In this document: piece after piece, positions 48,270-58,081 of the stretch | Layout of the letters: every line of letters begins with the position of its first letter | Position numbering within the stretch: the first letter of the stretch is position 1 | From: an uncultured Acidobacteriota bacterium | Lineage (GTDB): Bacteria > Acidobacteriota > Vicinamibacteria > Vicinamibacterales > 2-12-FULL-66-21 | Direction: 5' to 3' | DNA length: 64,000 bases | NCBI GenBank assembly: GCA_963810305.1 | Contig: CAWEMY010000011.1 | Span: forward strand, 200,912-264,911 | Translations under genes and position numbers: made by a program | The notes under the pieces: model-generated | The model's database searches: none | Told to the model about the DNA's origin: nothing | Seen by the model: only the letters and a program-made list of their open reading frames with translations

Positions 48270-50127
48270 GTGAGCAGCTCTCGCCCGTTTCCGTTTCGCC
48301 ATCTTCCCGCGGCGCAGCAGTTCACACTCGCGATCACCGTGTTGAGCGTCCTCTGGACGCTGTTCCTGCTGCTCTTTGGCGGGATCGACTTCTCATTTCT
48401 CGGCATTCGCTTGCGATCGCACCGGTGGTCCGACCCGGCGATGGTCGCCGTGGTATCCCTCCTGGTCTTCGCCTGGTTGCGACGACGTTCGAAGACACCG
48501 GCGGCACGATCCGGTCGCGCGATCGCGGCGGCGGTGGGGAAGTGGTGGCGCACACCCGACAATGTGCTGCTCGTGGCGATTCTCGTGGTCGCCGCCATCG
48601 CGCGATTCTGGGGGTTGACATTCGGGCTGCCACATCCAGCGGCACAGGCCTGACGAGGAAGCCGTATCGGCGCTGGCCGGCAACTATTACCTGGGTTACT
48701 TCGAGCAAACCGACTTCACCTATCCGCCGCTCTTCATACTCGCCGTGGCCGCCGCGCTCTGGTTTGCCTTTCGCACGGCACCCGCGATGCTGTCGCGGCT
48801 GAACATTCGTCTCGGGCTGTCCGATCCGACGATGTCGGCGCAGCGAATCGTGGCGCGTCTCCTGAGCGCTGCTGCTGGCGTGATCAGTGTCTGGCTCGTC
48901 TTCCGCATCGGGACGCGGCTCTTCGGCCGGCCGACGGCATTGGTCGGTGCCGCATTCCTCGCGCTCGCCTTTCTCCACGTCCGCGATTCGCACTTCGGTG
49001 TGACCGACGTGCCGATGACTTTCATGGTGCTGGTCGGGTTCCTCGCGATCGTCAAGTTGTCGGAATCCGGTTCGCGCCGCGATCTCGTGGCCGCCGGGAT
49101 CTGGACGGGCCTGGCGGTTGCGACGAAGTACAACGCAGCGCTGCTCGTCCTGCCGGCGTCGTTCGCGATTCTGAACGATCCGCTTCAACGTCCGATTCAG
49201 AGTCGTCTCGTTCGAGTCGTCGCCTTCGCCGCGATCATGACGGCGGCATTCCTGATCGTGTGCCCCTTCTCCGTTCTCAGCTATGAGAAGTTTCTGTACG
49301 ACGTCACGAACGTCTCGCGACATCTGGCCGACGGGCATGGGGTCGATCTGGGGAGAGGATGGACCTACCACCTGACTACGACGCTGAGATACGGGCTTGG
49401 CATTCCGCTGCTGGTGGCCGGCATCCTCGGTCTCCCGTTGATGGTCTGGCGAGAGGGACGCCGGGGCATCCTCGTGGCACTGTTCCCGATCGCGTATTAC
49501 GCGCTGATCGGGAGCGGCCGAACGGTCTTCGCACGGTACATCCTGCCAGCCGTGCCGTTCCTGTGCCTGACGGCCGGATACTTCGTCGTGACGACGGCTG
49601 CGGTCGTCACGAGCTACCTCCACCGGCCACGTTGGCGGATTCCGGCGACAACGGTCATGACCGCGGCCGTGCTGTGGCCATCGCTGCTGTCGGTCATCGC
49701 GTTCGATCGCTTGATCGCCAGGGACGACAGCCGCGTTCTCGCGCGGCGCTGGGTCGAAGCGCGATTTGTGCCCGGAACCACGATCGGCCAGCTCGGTCTC
49801 CCACCTGGTAATTTCGGCTCCGTCTACGTCCCCTACGAAACCGACTACCGGTTGTCCGACATCACCGCCACCTCAAAGCCGACGCTGGTCATCGTCGTCT
49901 CGGGGCCATTCGGATCATCGCGTCTTGACAGCGTCCCGCCGTGGCTGGAGCGTGACTACGATCTGCAATTCGTTCAACAGGTCGTCGCCGAAGACCACCC
50001 GGCGAACGTATACGATCGGCAGGACGAGTTTTACGTGCCTCTCGCCGGCTTCAATCAGATCGTGCGGCCAGGCCCCAACCTGAGGATTTACGTTCGTCGC
50101 GGCGCGCGGACCACTTCAGGCAAGTAG
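48270..50127 (+). pseudogene. GT39/ArnT-like (PMT family) membrane glycosyltransferase with one frameshift near 48635
   Basis: The N-terminal TM part ends ...RFWGLTFGLPH. The next frame continues RPDEEAVSALAGNYY and then about 10 TM helices (LAFLHVRDSHFGVTDVPMTF...ATKYNAAL). Confidence 0.75.
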
Positions 50128-50184
50128 CGGCGAGCATGGTCCACGCCCGTATCGATGCCGTGGACGCCTGTGGCCCAAGTCGAA

Positions 50185-52692
50185 CTATTCCGTCCGCAAA
50201 GCGACGAGTGGATCGATCAACGTCGCGCGCCTCGCCGGCACGTAGGCTGCCAGTCCGGCAAACAGCACGAAGAGCACGGCTATGCCAGCGAAGGTTGGTG
50301 GATCCAGGGGTGTCAGCTCGAAGAGCATCGATTCCAGAGTGCGGGTGAGCGCGGCCGCTCCCAGCAGTCCGAGCCCGAGACCAAGCGCGGTAAGCACGAG
50401 GCTCTCGCGGAGGACGAGCCCGAGCACACCGGCCCGCGGTGCACCCAGAGCCATCCGGATGCCAAGCTCCCGCGTTCGCTGAGCCACCGTGTAGGAGATC
50501 ACGCCGTAGATCCCGACCAGCGCCATCGTGACACCAAGGGCCGCAAGCACGCCGAGCAAGACCGCGTACATGCGCGGCCGCGCGACGGTCGTTGAAATGA
50601 TCTCGTTCATCGGCGCCACATTGAAGAGGACGCCTTCTACGTCGGCCTGGTCGAGAAGCGTCCGCACCGTCCTGATCGCTGCACCCTCGCCGCCACCGTA
50701 TCGCACCGTGTAGTAAGGACCCAACGGGAAGAGCGGCGACAGATCCTCTCCCCATTGACGCGCATCAAGAAAGAACTGAGGCTCCGCGGCCCGATCGACC
50801 CCCCACTGTCGCACATCGGCGACCACACCGACGATCGTCCATGGCGTGCTGCTCTGCGCGACATACACTCGCTGGCCGACCGCATTGGCGCTGTCGCCAA
50901 AGTCGCGCCGGGCCAGCGCCTCATTGATGATCAGGACGCGGGGCTGGCCTGCACTGTCGCGCTGCTCGAATGTGCGTCCGGCCGTCAGAGGGATGTGCAT
51001 GGTCTCGAAGTAGCCGCGGCTGACGACACGGACGTCGGCGCCCTGTGCCGGGGAAGACGGCTGACTACCTGGGGTTCTGCTCACCGCGAGCGTGTCACGC
51101 AGTCGCACCAATGGCAATTGATTCGCATACGCCGCACTTACGACGCCGGGCTGCGATTGGAGCCTCGAGACGAATTCCTCCGCGAACCGTCGAAGTCTCG
51201 GCAGCGGGTACCGCTCTGACGGCAGCGACACCTGGAAGGTCAGGACGCGCGCCGCCTCGTACCCGACGTCGACCCGAAGCAGGCCGATGAAGCTGCGGAT
51301 CAAGAGGCCTCCACCTACCAGGAGGACGATCGACAATGCCACCTCGACGACGATGAGCGCGCTGCGAAGGCCGCTCCTTCGGAGACGAGCACCAGCCGCG
51401 GCCGGTTCGTTTCGCAGCGCGGCGAACGGGGTGTGACGCCGGTGCTGCATCGCGGTGATCAGCCCGAACAGGATGCCGACCAGCACCGCAACTCCGACGG
51501 TGAAAGCCAGCACCGACCCATCGATGTGGACGCTATCAACACGGGGAATCATTCTTCCGTCGGCTTGACCGAGATCGATCCGATCGATGGTGGTCGCAAG
51601 CTTTCGCAGAAGCTGGACGCCGCCGGCCGCGAGGCCTGTCCCGAGTATCGCCGCGACCGTGGTCAGCAGCAGGCTTTCGGTCATCATCAGCCGCAGGATG
51701 CGAGCCTGGCCAGCCCCGATGGCCAGGCGGATCGCCATCTCCCGCTGCCGTGCGACGGATCGAACCAACAGCAGATTGGCGACGTTGAGACAGGCAATCA
51801 GGAGGACGAATCCGACCGCGCCCATGAGCACAAGCAAGGCGGGTTTCACCGGCGCAACGAGTTCCTGCTGGAGGCCGACGGTCGAATAGCCGAGCGCGTC
51901 GGGTTCCGCACGACGTCGGCGCAGGTCGCGAAGGACTGGTTCGATGCTCGCGGTCGCCGCATCCGCGGAGACACCAGCCGCGAGCCGCGCGACGACGCGA
52001 CCGGTATCAGATGATCGCAGCGGAATCCAGTATTGCGCCGCACTGCCAGGCAGGTATTCAAAACCGGACGGCATGACCCCGACGACCGTATAGATCTTTG
52101 CACCGGCGGGTCTGCCCGGCCCCAGCGCTGGCTCGAGCGTGATGCTACGTCCGAGCACGCCGGGATCACGAGCGAAATGCCGCTGCCACGAACCGTAGCT
52201 GAGAATCAGGACGTTCGGAGCTCCCTCGCGCTCGTCCTCCGGCCCGAACAATCGTCCCAGGACTGGGCGGACGCCGAGCATCGGGAAGACCGATGCGGTG
52301 AGTTCTCCTCCCGACCATCGGGGTTCGTGACCGCGCCAGTTGGTCAGCGAGAACCCGATGTTGCCGACGCGATCGAAGGCACGCGTGCGTTCGGCGAGTG
52401 CCTCGGTCTCCGCGGCGGTCAGGCGGAGCGGCTGCTGGTTCGGAGCACCGGTCCTCGTTTCGGTGGTGACCAGCAACCGCACCTGACGCTCAGCAAATTC
52501 GTAAGGCAGCGGCTGAAGGAGAACGCCGTTGACGACGCTGAAGATCGCTGTGTTGGCACCAATCCCGAGCGCCAGTGTCAGGATGACGACGGCACTGAAA
52601 CCAGGATGGCGTCCCAGCGTGCGCACGCCGTACGCAACATCCCGCCTGACATCGACGGCCCACGCTGGTGCTAACCGGGTTGCAGCGGCCAT
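50185..52692 (-). CDS. ADOP-type (MacB-like, duplicated FtsX) permease, intact
   Basis: 835 aa. DVAYGVRTLGRHPGFSAVVILTLALGIGANTAIFSVVNGVLL, two MacB-periplasmic/FtsX units, C-terminus PARRATLIDPLVALRTE. Confidence 0.9.
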   Translation of the reverse strand: MAAATRLAPAWAVDVRRDVAYGVRTLGRHPGFSAVVILTLALGIGANTAIFSVVNGVLLQPLPYEFAERQVRLLVTTETRTGAPNQQPLRLTAAETEALAERTRAFDRVGNIGFSLTNWRGHEPRWSGGELTASVFPMLGVRPVLGRLFGPEDEREGAPNVLILSYGSWQRHFARDPGVLGRSITLEPALGPGRPAGAKIYTVVGVMPSGFEYLPGSAAQYWIPLRSSDTGRVVARLAAGVSADAATASIEPVLRDLRRRRAEPDALGYSTVGLQQELVAPVKPALLVLMGAVGFVLLIACLNVANLLLVRSVARQREMAIRLAIGAGQARILRLMMTESLLLTTVAAILGTGLAAGGVQLLRKLATTIDRIDLGQADGRMIPRVDSVHIDGSVLAFTVGVAVLVGILFGLITAMQHRRHTPFAALRNEPAAAGARLRRSGLRSALIVVEVALSIVLLVGGGLLIRSFIGLLRVDVGYEAARVLTFQVSLPSERYPLPRLRRFAEEFVSRLQSQPGVVSAAYANQLPLVRLRDTLAVSRTPGSQPSSPAQGADVRVVSRGYFETMHIPLTAGRTFEQRDSAGQPRVLIINEALARRDFGDSANAVGQRVYVAQSSTPWTIVGVVADVRQWGVDRAAEPQFFLDARQWGEDLSPLFPLGPYYTVRYGGGEGAAIRTVRTLLDQADVEGVLFNVAPMNEIISTTVARPRMYAVLLGVLAALGVTMALVGIYGVISYTVAQRTRELGIRMALGAPRAGVLGLVLRESLVLTALGLGLGLLGAAALTRTLESMLFELTPLDPPTFAGIAVLFVLFAGLAAYVPARRATLIDPLVALRTE

Positions 52693-52718
52693 GCTCGCGT
52701 CGAATTGTTGGTCGTGCG

Positions 52719-54461
52719 TCAGTGGATCGTCAAGAGCTCGGAGATTTGCCGCCGCAGCCGCGGCGGTGCCGCGCGGGTGGCGCGCCCGATGTGCGCGAGC
52801 AGCACCAGCGAGGCATCGCGCCGGATACTGTCGACAATCAGGACTTCCATGTTCCGCTTGCCTGGTGAGAGTTGAAGTCCGAATCGGTCACGGAGGACCG
52901 CAGTCACTGACGTGGCGCGGTCCTCGTCCCATCCGAACTCGAGGTTGTACGAACCCGTGACGCCCGTCTCGTCAATCACCGGCTTGCCGAGAATGCTCTG
53001 CAGCGCACCGGCGAGTTCTTCCATATTGGCTTCCTTGACCTGCACGGCCCGATCCTGAATCCAGATGGCCGGTTTGTGCCCCCGGGATCGCTCCAGGCGC
53101 GAAGGGTCGGTCGCGCTCAACACGAACACGTCGAACGGGCGGACTTCGAAGTGAGTCTCCAGGCGCAGGCGATGCTTCAATTCCTGCTGGAGCAGTGACC
53201 GAAAGGATTCCGTTTCGTCGACGCCGACGACGGCTTTCAGCGAGTATCGCGTCTCGGCCAGCCACGAGGGTCCAATCACTCGGACAGACGGCACGTCGTA
53301 GGCCGTCGCCAGCATCCCCTTGAGCGTCATGCCGTCGGCCCGCATCGTATTGGTACTGATCGAGGCGGATCTCCCCGACGCAGGTCCGATAGCAAACTCC
53401 ATCCATTGCCGGGACGCGTCTCGTTGCGTGAGGAGAACGAGCCCAACCATGACGACGACTATCACGATCGTGCCAGCCACCGCTGACAATCCCAGGCGAA
53501 TTCGTCGACCGCCGCGGATCACGCCGTACACAGCAGCGAGGATGAGAATTGCCGGGAGCGCGAATAGTGCGACGACCGCGGCCTGGCCCCGGTCCGCTGT
53601 CGCGTCCTTTCGGCGCGCCGCGAACGTCTCGGCCGCGGCGTTTCGTGGAAACAGCGCCGCGATGTCCAGTACGCGCTCACCTTTCTTCAACTCGTCGGCG
53701 AGATTGAACGTCACGACCCTGTCGAAATCGTGGAAGTAGTAGAGGTGCATGGTGCGCGCACGCAGGTCGTAGATGTTGGAGTAGAGCGTCGGCGCATTGC
53801 CCTTCTGATGAGTGGCGGCGAGGATGCGGCGAAAGAGGTCGACCGAGATGCCCTCGCCCGCGCGCTCCAGCATCTCGGACGCAATCGTGAACCGGCCGTC
53901 CTCCGATCCGTTCGAGCGGGACTGGTGAAAGTTCGTCTGCACGAAGTGGCGGCGTGATTTGCGCACGATCGCGTTGCGTTCGATCGACACCGCGTCGCCT
54001 GAGGCGTCGGCGAACATGTAGATCGCCTCAACCAGGAAGTCGCGGTTGTACTGACTGAAGAGGCGAGCAACCTCCTCCACCGTGCTGCACTCCGCCATCG
54101 CGCGGTCGACGATATTGCCTGAGAAACGCGGGAGATCGGATCCTGCGGCGGCTTTCATCGGCGGGGCTGAAAACGCGTCGAACCATAGGCCGCGCTCGTT
54201 CATCCCCCCCTGCGGCGTCATGTCGTCAAACCCGGTGTAGACGCGACCGTAGGAGCCCGGCTTTGCTGGAAGGAACCAGATCTTGGTCCGGGGATTGTCC
54301 CAGTCCTCGTTATTGCCGACGAGAATCTGTCCTCCGCCTACGGCGCAGAAGGCGGTGCAGGCCTGGGCAACCGTGTGGCCGATGAGCGCGAACGCGCAGC
54401 CGATAAGGCCGGCGAAGACGATTCGACGTATCCGCGCGTGTCGCATCACGGTCAGCTCCAC
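52719..54461 (-). CDS. Fusion protein: Ntn-hydrolase (C45/choloylglycine-hydrolase-like) domain + TM region + TIGR03435-type C-terminal domain
   Basis: The signal peptide ends AQAC|TAF (candidate Cys nucleophile), followed by GNNEDW. There are two TM helices mid-protein. The C-terminal part has MTLKGMLATAYDV...IGPSWL, LETHFEVRP.DVFVL, PVIDETGVTGSYNLEF and RFGLQL...VLIVDS. Confidence 0.75.
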   Translation of the reverse strand: MELTVMRHARIRRIVFAGLIGCAFALIGHTVAQACTAFCAVGGGQILVGNNEDWDNPRTKIWFLPAKPGSYGRVYTGFDDMTPQGGMNERGLWFDAFSAPPMKAAAGSDLPRFSGNIVDRAMAECSTVEEVARLFSQYNRDFLVEAIYMFADASGDAVSIERNAIVRKSRRHFVQTNFHQSRSNGSEDGRFTIASEMLERAGEGISVDLFRRILAATHQKGNAPTLYSNIYDLRARTMHLYYFHDFDRVVTFNLADELKKGERVLDIAALFPRNAAAETFAARRKDATADRGQAAVVALFALPAILILAAVYGVIRGGRRIRLGLSAVAGTIVIVVVMVGLVLLTQRDASRQWMEFAIGPASGRSASISTNTMRADGMTLKGMLATAYDVPSVRVIGPSWLAETRYSLKAVVGVDETESFRSLLQQELKHRLRLETHFEVRPFDVFVLSATDPSRLERSRGHKPAIWIQDRAVQVKEANMEELAGALQSILGKPVIDETGVTGSYNLEFGWDEDRATSVTAVLRDRFGLQLSPGKRNMEVLIVDSIRRDASLVLLAHIGRATRAAPPRLRRQISELLTIH

Positions 54462-54560
54462 AGAGCAAAGATGATTCCCTCGCTATCGGCTGAAAATCCG
54501 GGCCGGAGGGATCGCATTCTGTCCGAAACCGGGACGCCGCGACCGCCCCTGAACAGGCTC

Positions 54561-54651
54561 CGCCCCGCGAACCGCGCCGCGCGAACCGCGAACCGCGCCC
54601 CGCGAACCGCGCCCCGCGAACCGCGCCCCGCATCCCGCACCCCGCATCCCG
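54561..54651. repeat. Composite heptamer array (CGCGAAC / CGCGCCC units, then CCCGCAT units; G-quadruplex-type on the - strand)
   Basis: Read directly. It lies in the divergent region between 54461 and 54693. Confidence 0.9.
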
Positions 54652-54692
54652 TCATATTTCACCCCGGCGGGCGTTATACCCTTGGCGACCAG

Positions 54693-55244
54693 ATGGAAGC
54701 ACACGGCAACACCGCCGCATCGGACACGCGGGATCTGTTCCGCGAGCATGGGGGAGCGGTCTATCGGTTCGCGCTGGTGCTCGTCCGGCATCACCAGGAC
54801 GCGGAGGACGTGGTCCAGGAGACGTTCATGAAGCTCCTGCAGCACCTCTCGTCCGCTGGGAACACTGCGAACCTGCGCGGCTGGCTGTTCACTGTCGCCG
54901 CCCACGCGGCGCGCGACCGGCAACGGCGGCGCATGCGCTGGTTGCCATGGACGACCCGTGCAGAGCCTGCCGTCGATCCAGCGGCGCTTCCCGACGAGGA
55001 CGGGAGGTACAAAGCGCTCCGTGAGGCGCTTCGCGGTCTTTCACACCGCGACCGCCTGCTGCTCGCGCTGCGTGCACAAGGACTCACGTATCGCGAGATC
55101 GCGGCCGCCGCAGACATCCGGGAATCCTCCGTGAGCCAGCTCCTCGCGCGTGCGACAGAGCGATGGAGCAGAGGCACGGCGGAATTCAGAACAGGGGACC
55201 GTTATGAGCCATCTTACGACCGCGCAAATCCAGGCCGTCGCTGA
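54693..55244 (+). CDS. ECF-type RNA polymerase sigma factor
   Basis: Region 2 (AEDVVQETFMKLL...LRGWLFTVAAHAARD) and region 4 (LSHRDRLLLALRAQGLTYREIAAAADIRESSVSQLLARA). The 3' end overlaps the next gene by 41 nt, so the true stop is uncertain. Confidence 0.8.
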   Translation: MEAHGNTAASDTRDLFREHGGAVYRFALVLVRHHQDAEDVVQETFMKLLQHLSSAGNTANLRGWLFTVAAHAARDRQRRRMRWLPWTTRAEPAVDPAALPDEDGRYKALREALRGLSHRDRLLLALRAQGLTYREIAAAADIRESSVSQLLARATERWSRGTAEFRTGDRYEPSYDRANPGRR

Positions 55245-56328
55245 CGATCAGGCGCCGCCGGCAGACCGCGATCACGCCGCCTCGTGCCCGTCTTGCGCGG
55301 CGCAGGTCAGCGAGCGGCGGCAGAGCGCAGCTTCATTCGCATCAGCACTGAACACCGCGGTGATGCCGTCGGCAACAGCCCGACGGATCGAGACCGCGCT
55401 CGCGGCGTCGACCGCACCCGCGACGGGTGCGGGAGCAACCCGGCTCCGCCCGGCGCCGTCACCCCGGCGCTGGCGGTCGGCAGCATGGGGGTCGGCAGGG
55501 CTGGCGGCGGCGATCGTGCTGGCGATCGTGTTCGTCGCGCCAATGATGAAGGAGGATCGAGGCGCCGTGTCCGCCTCCGAAATCCTCGCGCACTCGGCCA
55601 GCCGGCTGGCCCAGGAGAGTACCGGCATCGAACTGCTCGAGTACGAGCTGGTGCTCGACGGGGTTCCAAAGGACATGATGCCGGATCACGCCAACGGCAC
55701 CTACCATGTCCGCCAGGCCATCGACCACACCGTCCCCGGGCGGTTTCGTTACTCGAGTTATGGACCCGGCGGTGAGCCGATCTCGTCCATCGCGCAGGAT
55801 CCGGCGTCAGGACAGCGCGTGATGATGGTCAACCTCGAAGGCCAGGCGTATCGCTTCGAGGTGAGCGTCCCATCGAATGTCGGACCGTCGCTCCCCGAAA
55901 TGGAACGGCTTCACATGGAAGCGTCAATGATGATGATGCAGGCGAGCGGGAACCAGCTCGTCGAAATCGTCGAAACCGCGGAGGGGCGCCAGTACCGGAT
56001 CGAAGTGCCGAAAGTGAGCGCACCCGGATCGAACCCCGTCTGGGACCTGACCGAAGCGCGGGTCCTCATCGATGCGAAGGACTACCGCGTCCACGAGCTT
56101 GCGGTCAAAGGCACGTTCCTGAAGCAGCCGTACAGCGTTTCGTACCGTTTGATCAGCCGTGATGTTGTCACCAGCGTCGCACCGGACACCTTCGAAGTGC
56201 CCCGGCAGCCCGGAGAGATCCTGGTCAGCGGTGAAGGTTCGGCGGTGCCGGCGCGCGACGCGATGGTGCTCGCGCTGCGGGAGCTCGCCAGGCTGAAAAC
56301 GCGCGCCAATGACATCGCAAGCGACTGA
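55204..56328 (+). CDS. Anti-sigma factor (zf-HC2-like N-terminus, one TM, large extracytoplasmic domain)
   Basis: H-x3-C-x2-C motif (DHAASCPSCAAQV) and a TM helix (GLAAAIVLAIVFVAPMM). Its position directly after the ECF sigma factor supports the call. Confidence 0.7.
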   Translation: MSHLTTAQIQAVADDQAPPADRDHAASCPSCAAQVSERRQSAASFASALNTAVMPSATARRIETALAASTAPATGAGATRLRPAPSPRRWRSAAWGSAGLAAAIVLAIVFVAPMMKEDRGAVSASEILAHSASRLAQESTGIELLEYELVLDGVPKDMMPDHANGTYHVRQAIDHTVPGRFRYSSYGPGGEPISSIAQDPASGQRVMMVNLEGQAYRFEVSVPSNVGPSLPEMERLHMEASMMMMQASGNQLVEIVETAEGRQYRIEVPKVSAPGSNPVWDLTEARVLIDAKDYRVHELAVKGTFLKQPYSVSYRLISRDVVTSVAPDTFEVPRQPGEILVSGEGSAVPARDAMVLALRELARLKTRANDIASD

Positions 56329-57238
56329 CGCGATCCGGATCGACGGGCTCGCGAAATACTACGGGCCGGTCGTGGGGATCGATGACATTTCGCTGCAGGT
56401 CGAACGCGGTGAGGTGTTCGGTTTTCTTGGCGCCAACGGCGCCGGCAAGACCACGACAATCCGCGTGCTGCTCGACTTGCTGCGCCCGTCGAACGGCAGC
56501 GCCGCCATCCTCGGCTTCGACTGCCAGCGTCACAGCCTGCAGGCGCGACATCAGGTCGGCTACCTTCCCGGCGATCTTCCGGTGTATCCGGACCTCTCCG
56601 CAGGCGGTTATCTGAAGTATCTGTCGCGGCTCGATGGCCGCCCGGTTGGCCGGGACTACCTCGCCCAGCTCCTTCGGCGCTTCGACGTCAGCGACCTGGA
56701 CCTCCGCCGCCGGCTGCGGGACCAGTCGCACGGGATGAAACAGAAGATCGGCATCATCCAGGCGCTGATGGCCCGGCCACCGGTCGTGATCCTCGACGAA
56801 CCCACCGCCGGTCTCGATCCATTCATGGTCCATGCCTTTCGCGAAGTCGTCGACGAGCTTCGTGGCAGCGGCACGACGGTTTTTCTCTCCTCACACGTTC
56901 TCACTGAAGTGGAAACGACGTGCGATCGAGTCGGCATCATCCGTGGCGGGCGGATCGTGAGTATCACCGGCATCGCCGATCTCAAGGCGCGGGCACCACG
57001 GCGCGTTGTGATCGAGTTCGCGACCTCGGTGAGCTTTCCAGCGGACCTCGACGGGATCACCGCCCGCGAGATCGCACCGGCGCGGTGGGAGGTCGACGTG
57101 GCCGGCTCACTCGAGACACTGATGAAAGCCTTAGCGCCGCTGCCGGTCCGTGACCTTTCGATCGAGCCCTTCAGCCTCGAACAGCACGTCCTCGCGTTGT
57201 ACGCATCGTCTGACAACCCTGCTGGAGGCGGTGCATGA
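56309..57238 (+). CDS. ABC transporter ATP-binding protein
   Basis: GANGAGKTT (Walker A), the signature SHGMKQK and Walker B VVILDEPTAGLD. Confidence 0.9.
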   Translation: MTSQATDAIRIDGLAKYYGPVVGIDDISLQVERGEVFGFLGANGAGKTTTIRVLLDLLRPSNGSAAILGFDCQRHSLQARHQVGYLPGDLPVYPDLSAGGYLKYLSRLDGRPVGRDYLAQLLRRFDVSDLDLRRRLRDQSHGMKQKIGIIQALMARPPVVILDEPTAGLDPFMVHAFREVVDELRGSGTTVFLSSHVLTEVETTCDRVGIIRGGRIVSITGIADLKARAPRRVVIEFATSVSFPADLDGITAREIAPARWEVDVAGSLETLMKALAPLPVRDLSIEPFSLEQHVLALYASSDNPAGGGA

Positions 57239-58041
57239 GTCTTGGCGCTTTGATGCTGCGCTCCGCTGTCCAGGCAAAGTACGTGCTCCTCGGCGGCATC
57301 CTGTTGCTGTTTTTCTTTCAGCTCCTCTTGATCGGACAGGCTGCCGAGATCGAACGCTCGAATGCCTTCGGACGGATGGCTGAATTCGTACCCGCGTTCC
57401 TTCAAAACGGGCTCGGCCAGCAGGCGCTGCTACTGGCCACCTTCAAAGGCACGGTCTCATTCGGCTACTTCCACCCGGTCATCGTCTGCCTGCTGTCGCT
57501 CGTGGCGGTCTACATTGCGACCGAACCGGCGCACGAAGTGGAAAGCGGCCTGGTCGATCTCGTCCTGGCGCGCGCTGTGCCACGACGGCGGTTGCTGACG
57601 CGCTCGCTGTTGCTCTCGTTCGGCAGCGTTGCGGCGATCGCCACATTCATGCTGTGTGGCACGTTCCTCGGCCTCAGTTGGCTGGCATCGGACGGCTCGT
57701 CCGTCGACTCGCGGGTTCTCTTGATCCTGGTCGCGCATCTCGTCGCGGTGGCGTGGTGCTGTGGCGCGATCGGGCTCTTCCTCGGTTCGATCTCGAAACG
57801 ATGGACGACTGCGTTCACCACTGGCGCGCTCATCGTTGTCGTCGGCTATCTCGTGGACTTTCTCGCGATCGGCTGGCCGCCGGCTCGCGTCATCTCCGGG
57901 TTCTTCCCCTTCGACTACTTTCCGGCGCTGGTGATTCTCGCTGGCAATTCAAATCCATGGCGCGACCTTGGCATCCTCGCCACGGCCACCGTAGCGTTCG
58001 CCGCTCTAGCGTTCTGGAGATTCGAAAAGCGAGACGTGTAA
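57235..58041 (+). CDS. ABC-2-type transporter permease
   Basis: 268 aa with six hydrophobic helices. Its start overlaps the ATPase stop by 4 nt. Confidence 0.75.
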   Translation: MSLGALMLRSAVQAKYVLLGGILLLFFFQLLLIGQAAEIERSNAFGRMAEFVPAFLQNGLGQQALLLATFKGTVSFGYFHPVIVCLLSLVAVYIATEPAHEVESGLVDLVLARAVPRRRLLTRSLLLSFGSVAAIATFMLCGTFLGLSWLASDGSSVDSRVLLILVAHLVAVAWCCGAIGLFLGSISKRWTTAFTTGALIVVVGYLVDFLAIGWPPARVISGFFPFDYFPALVILAGNSNPWRDLGILATATVAFAALAFWRFEKRDV

Positions 58042-58081
58042 CAGAACGCGTTGCGCAGTGCGCGCCGCGCGGCGCGATCCG

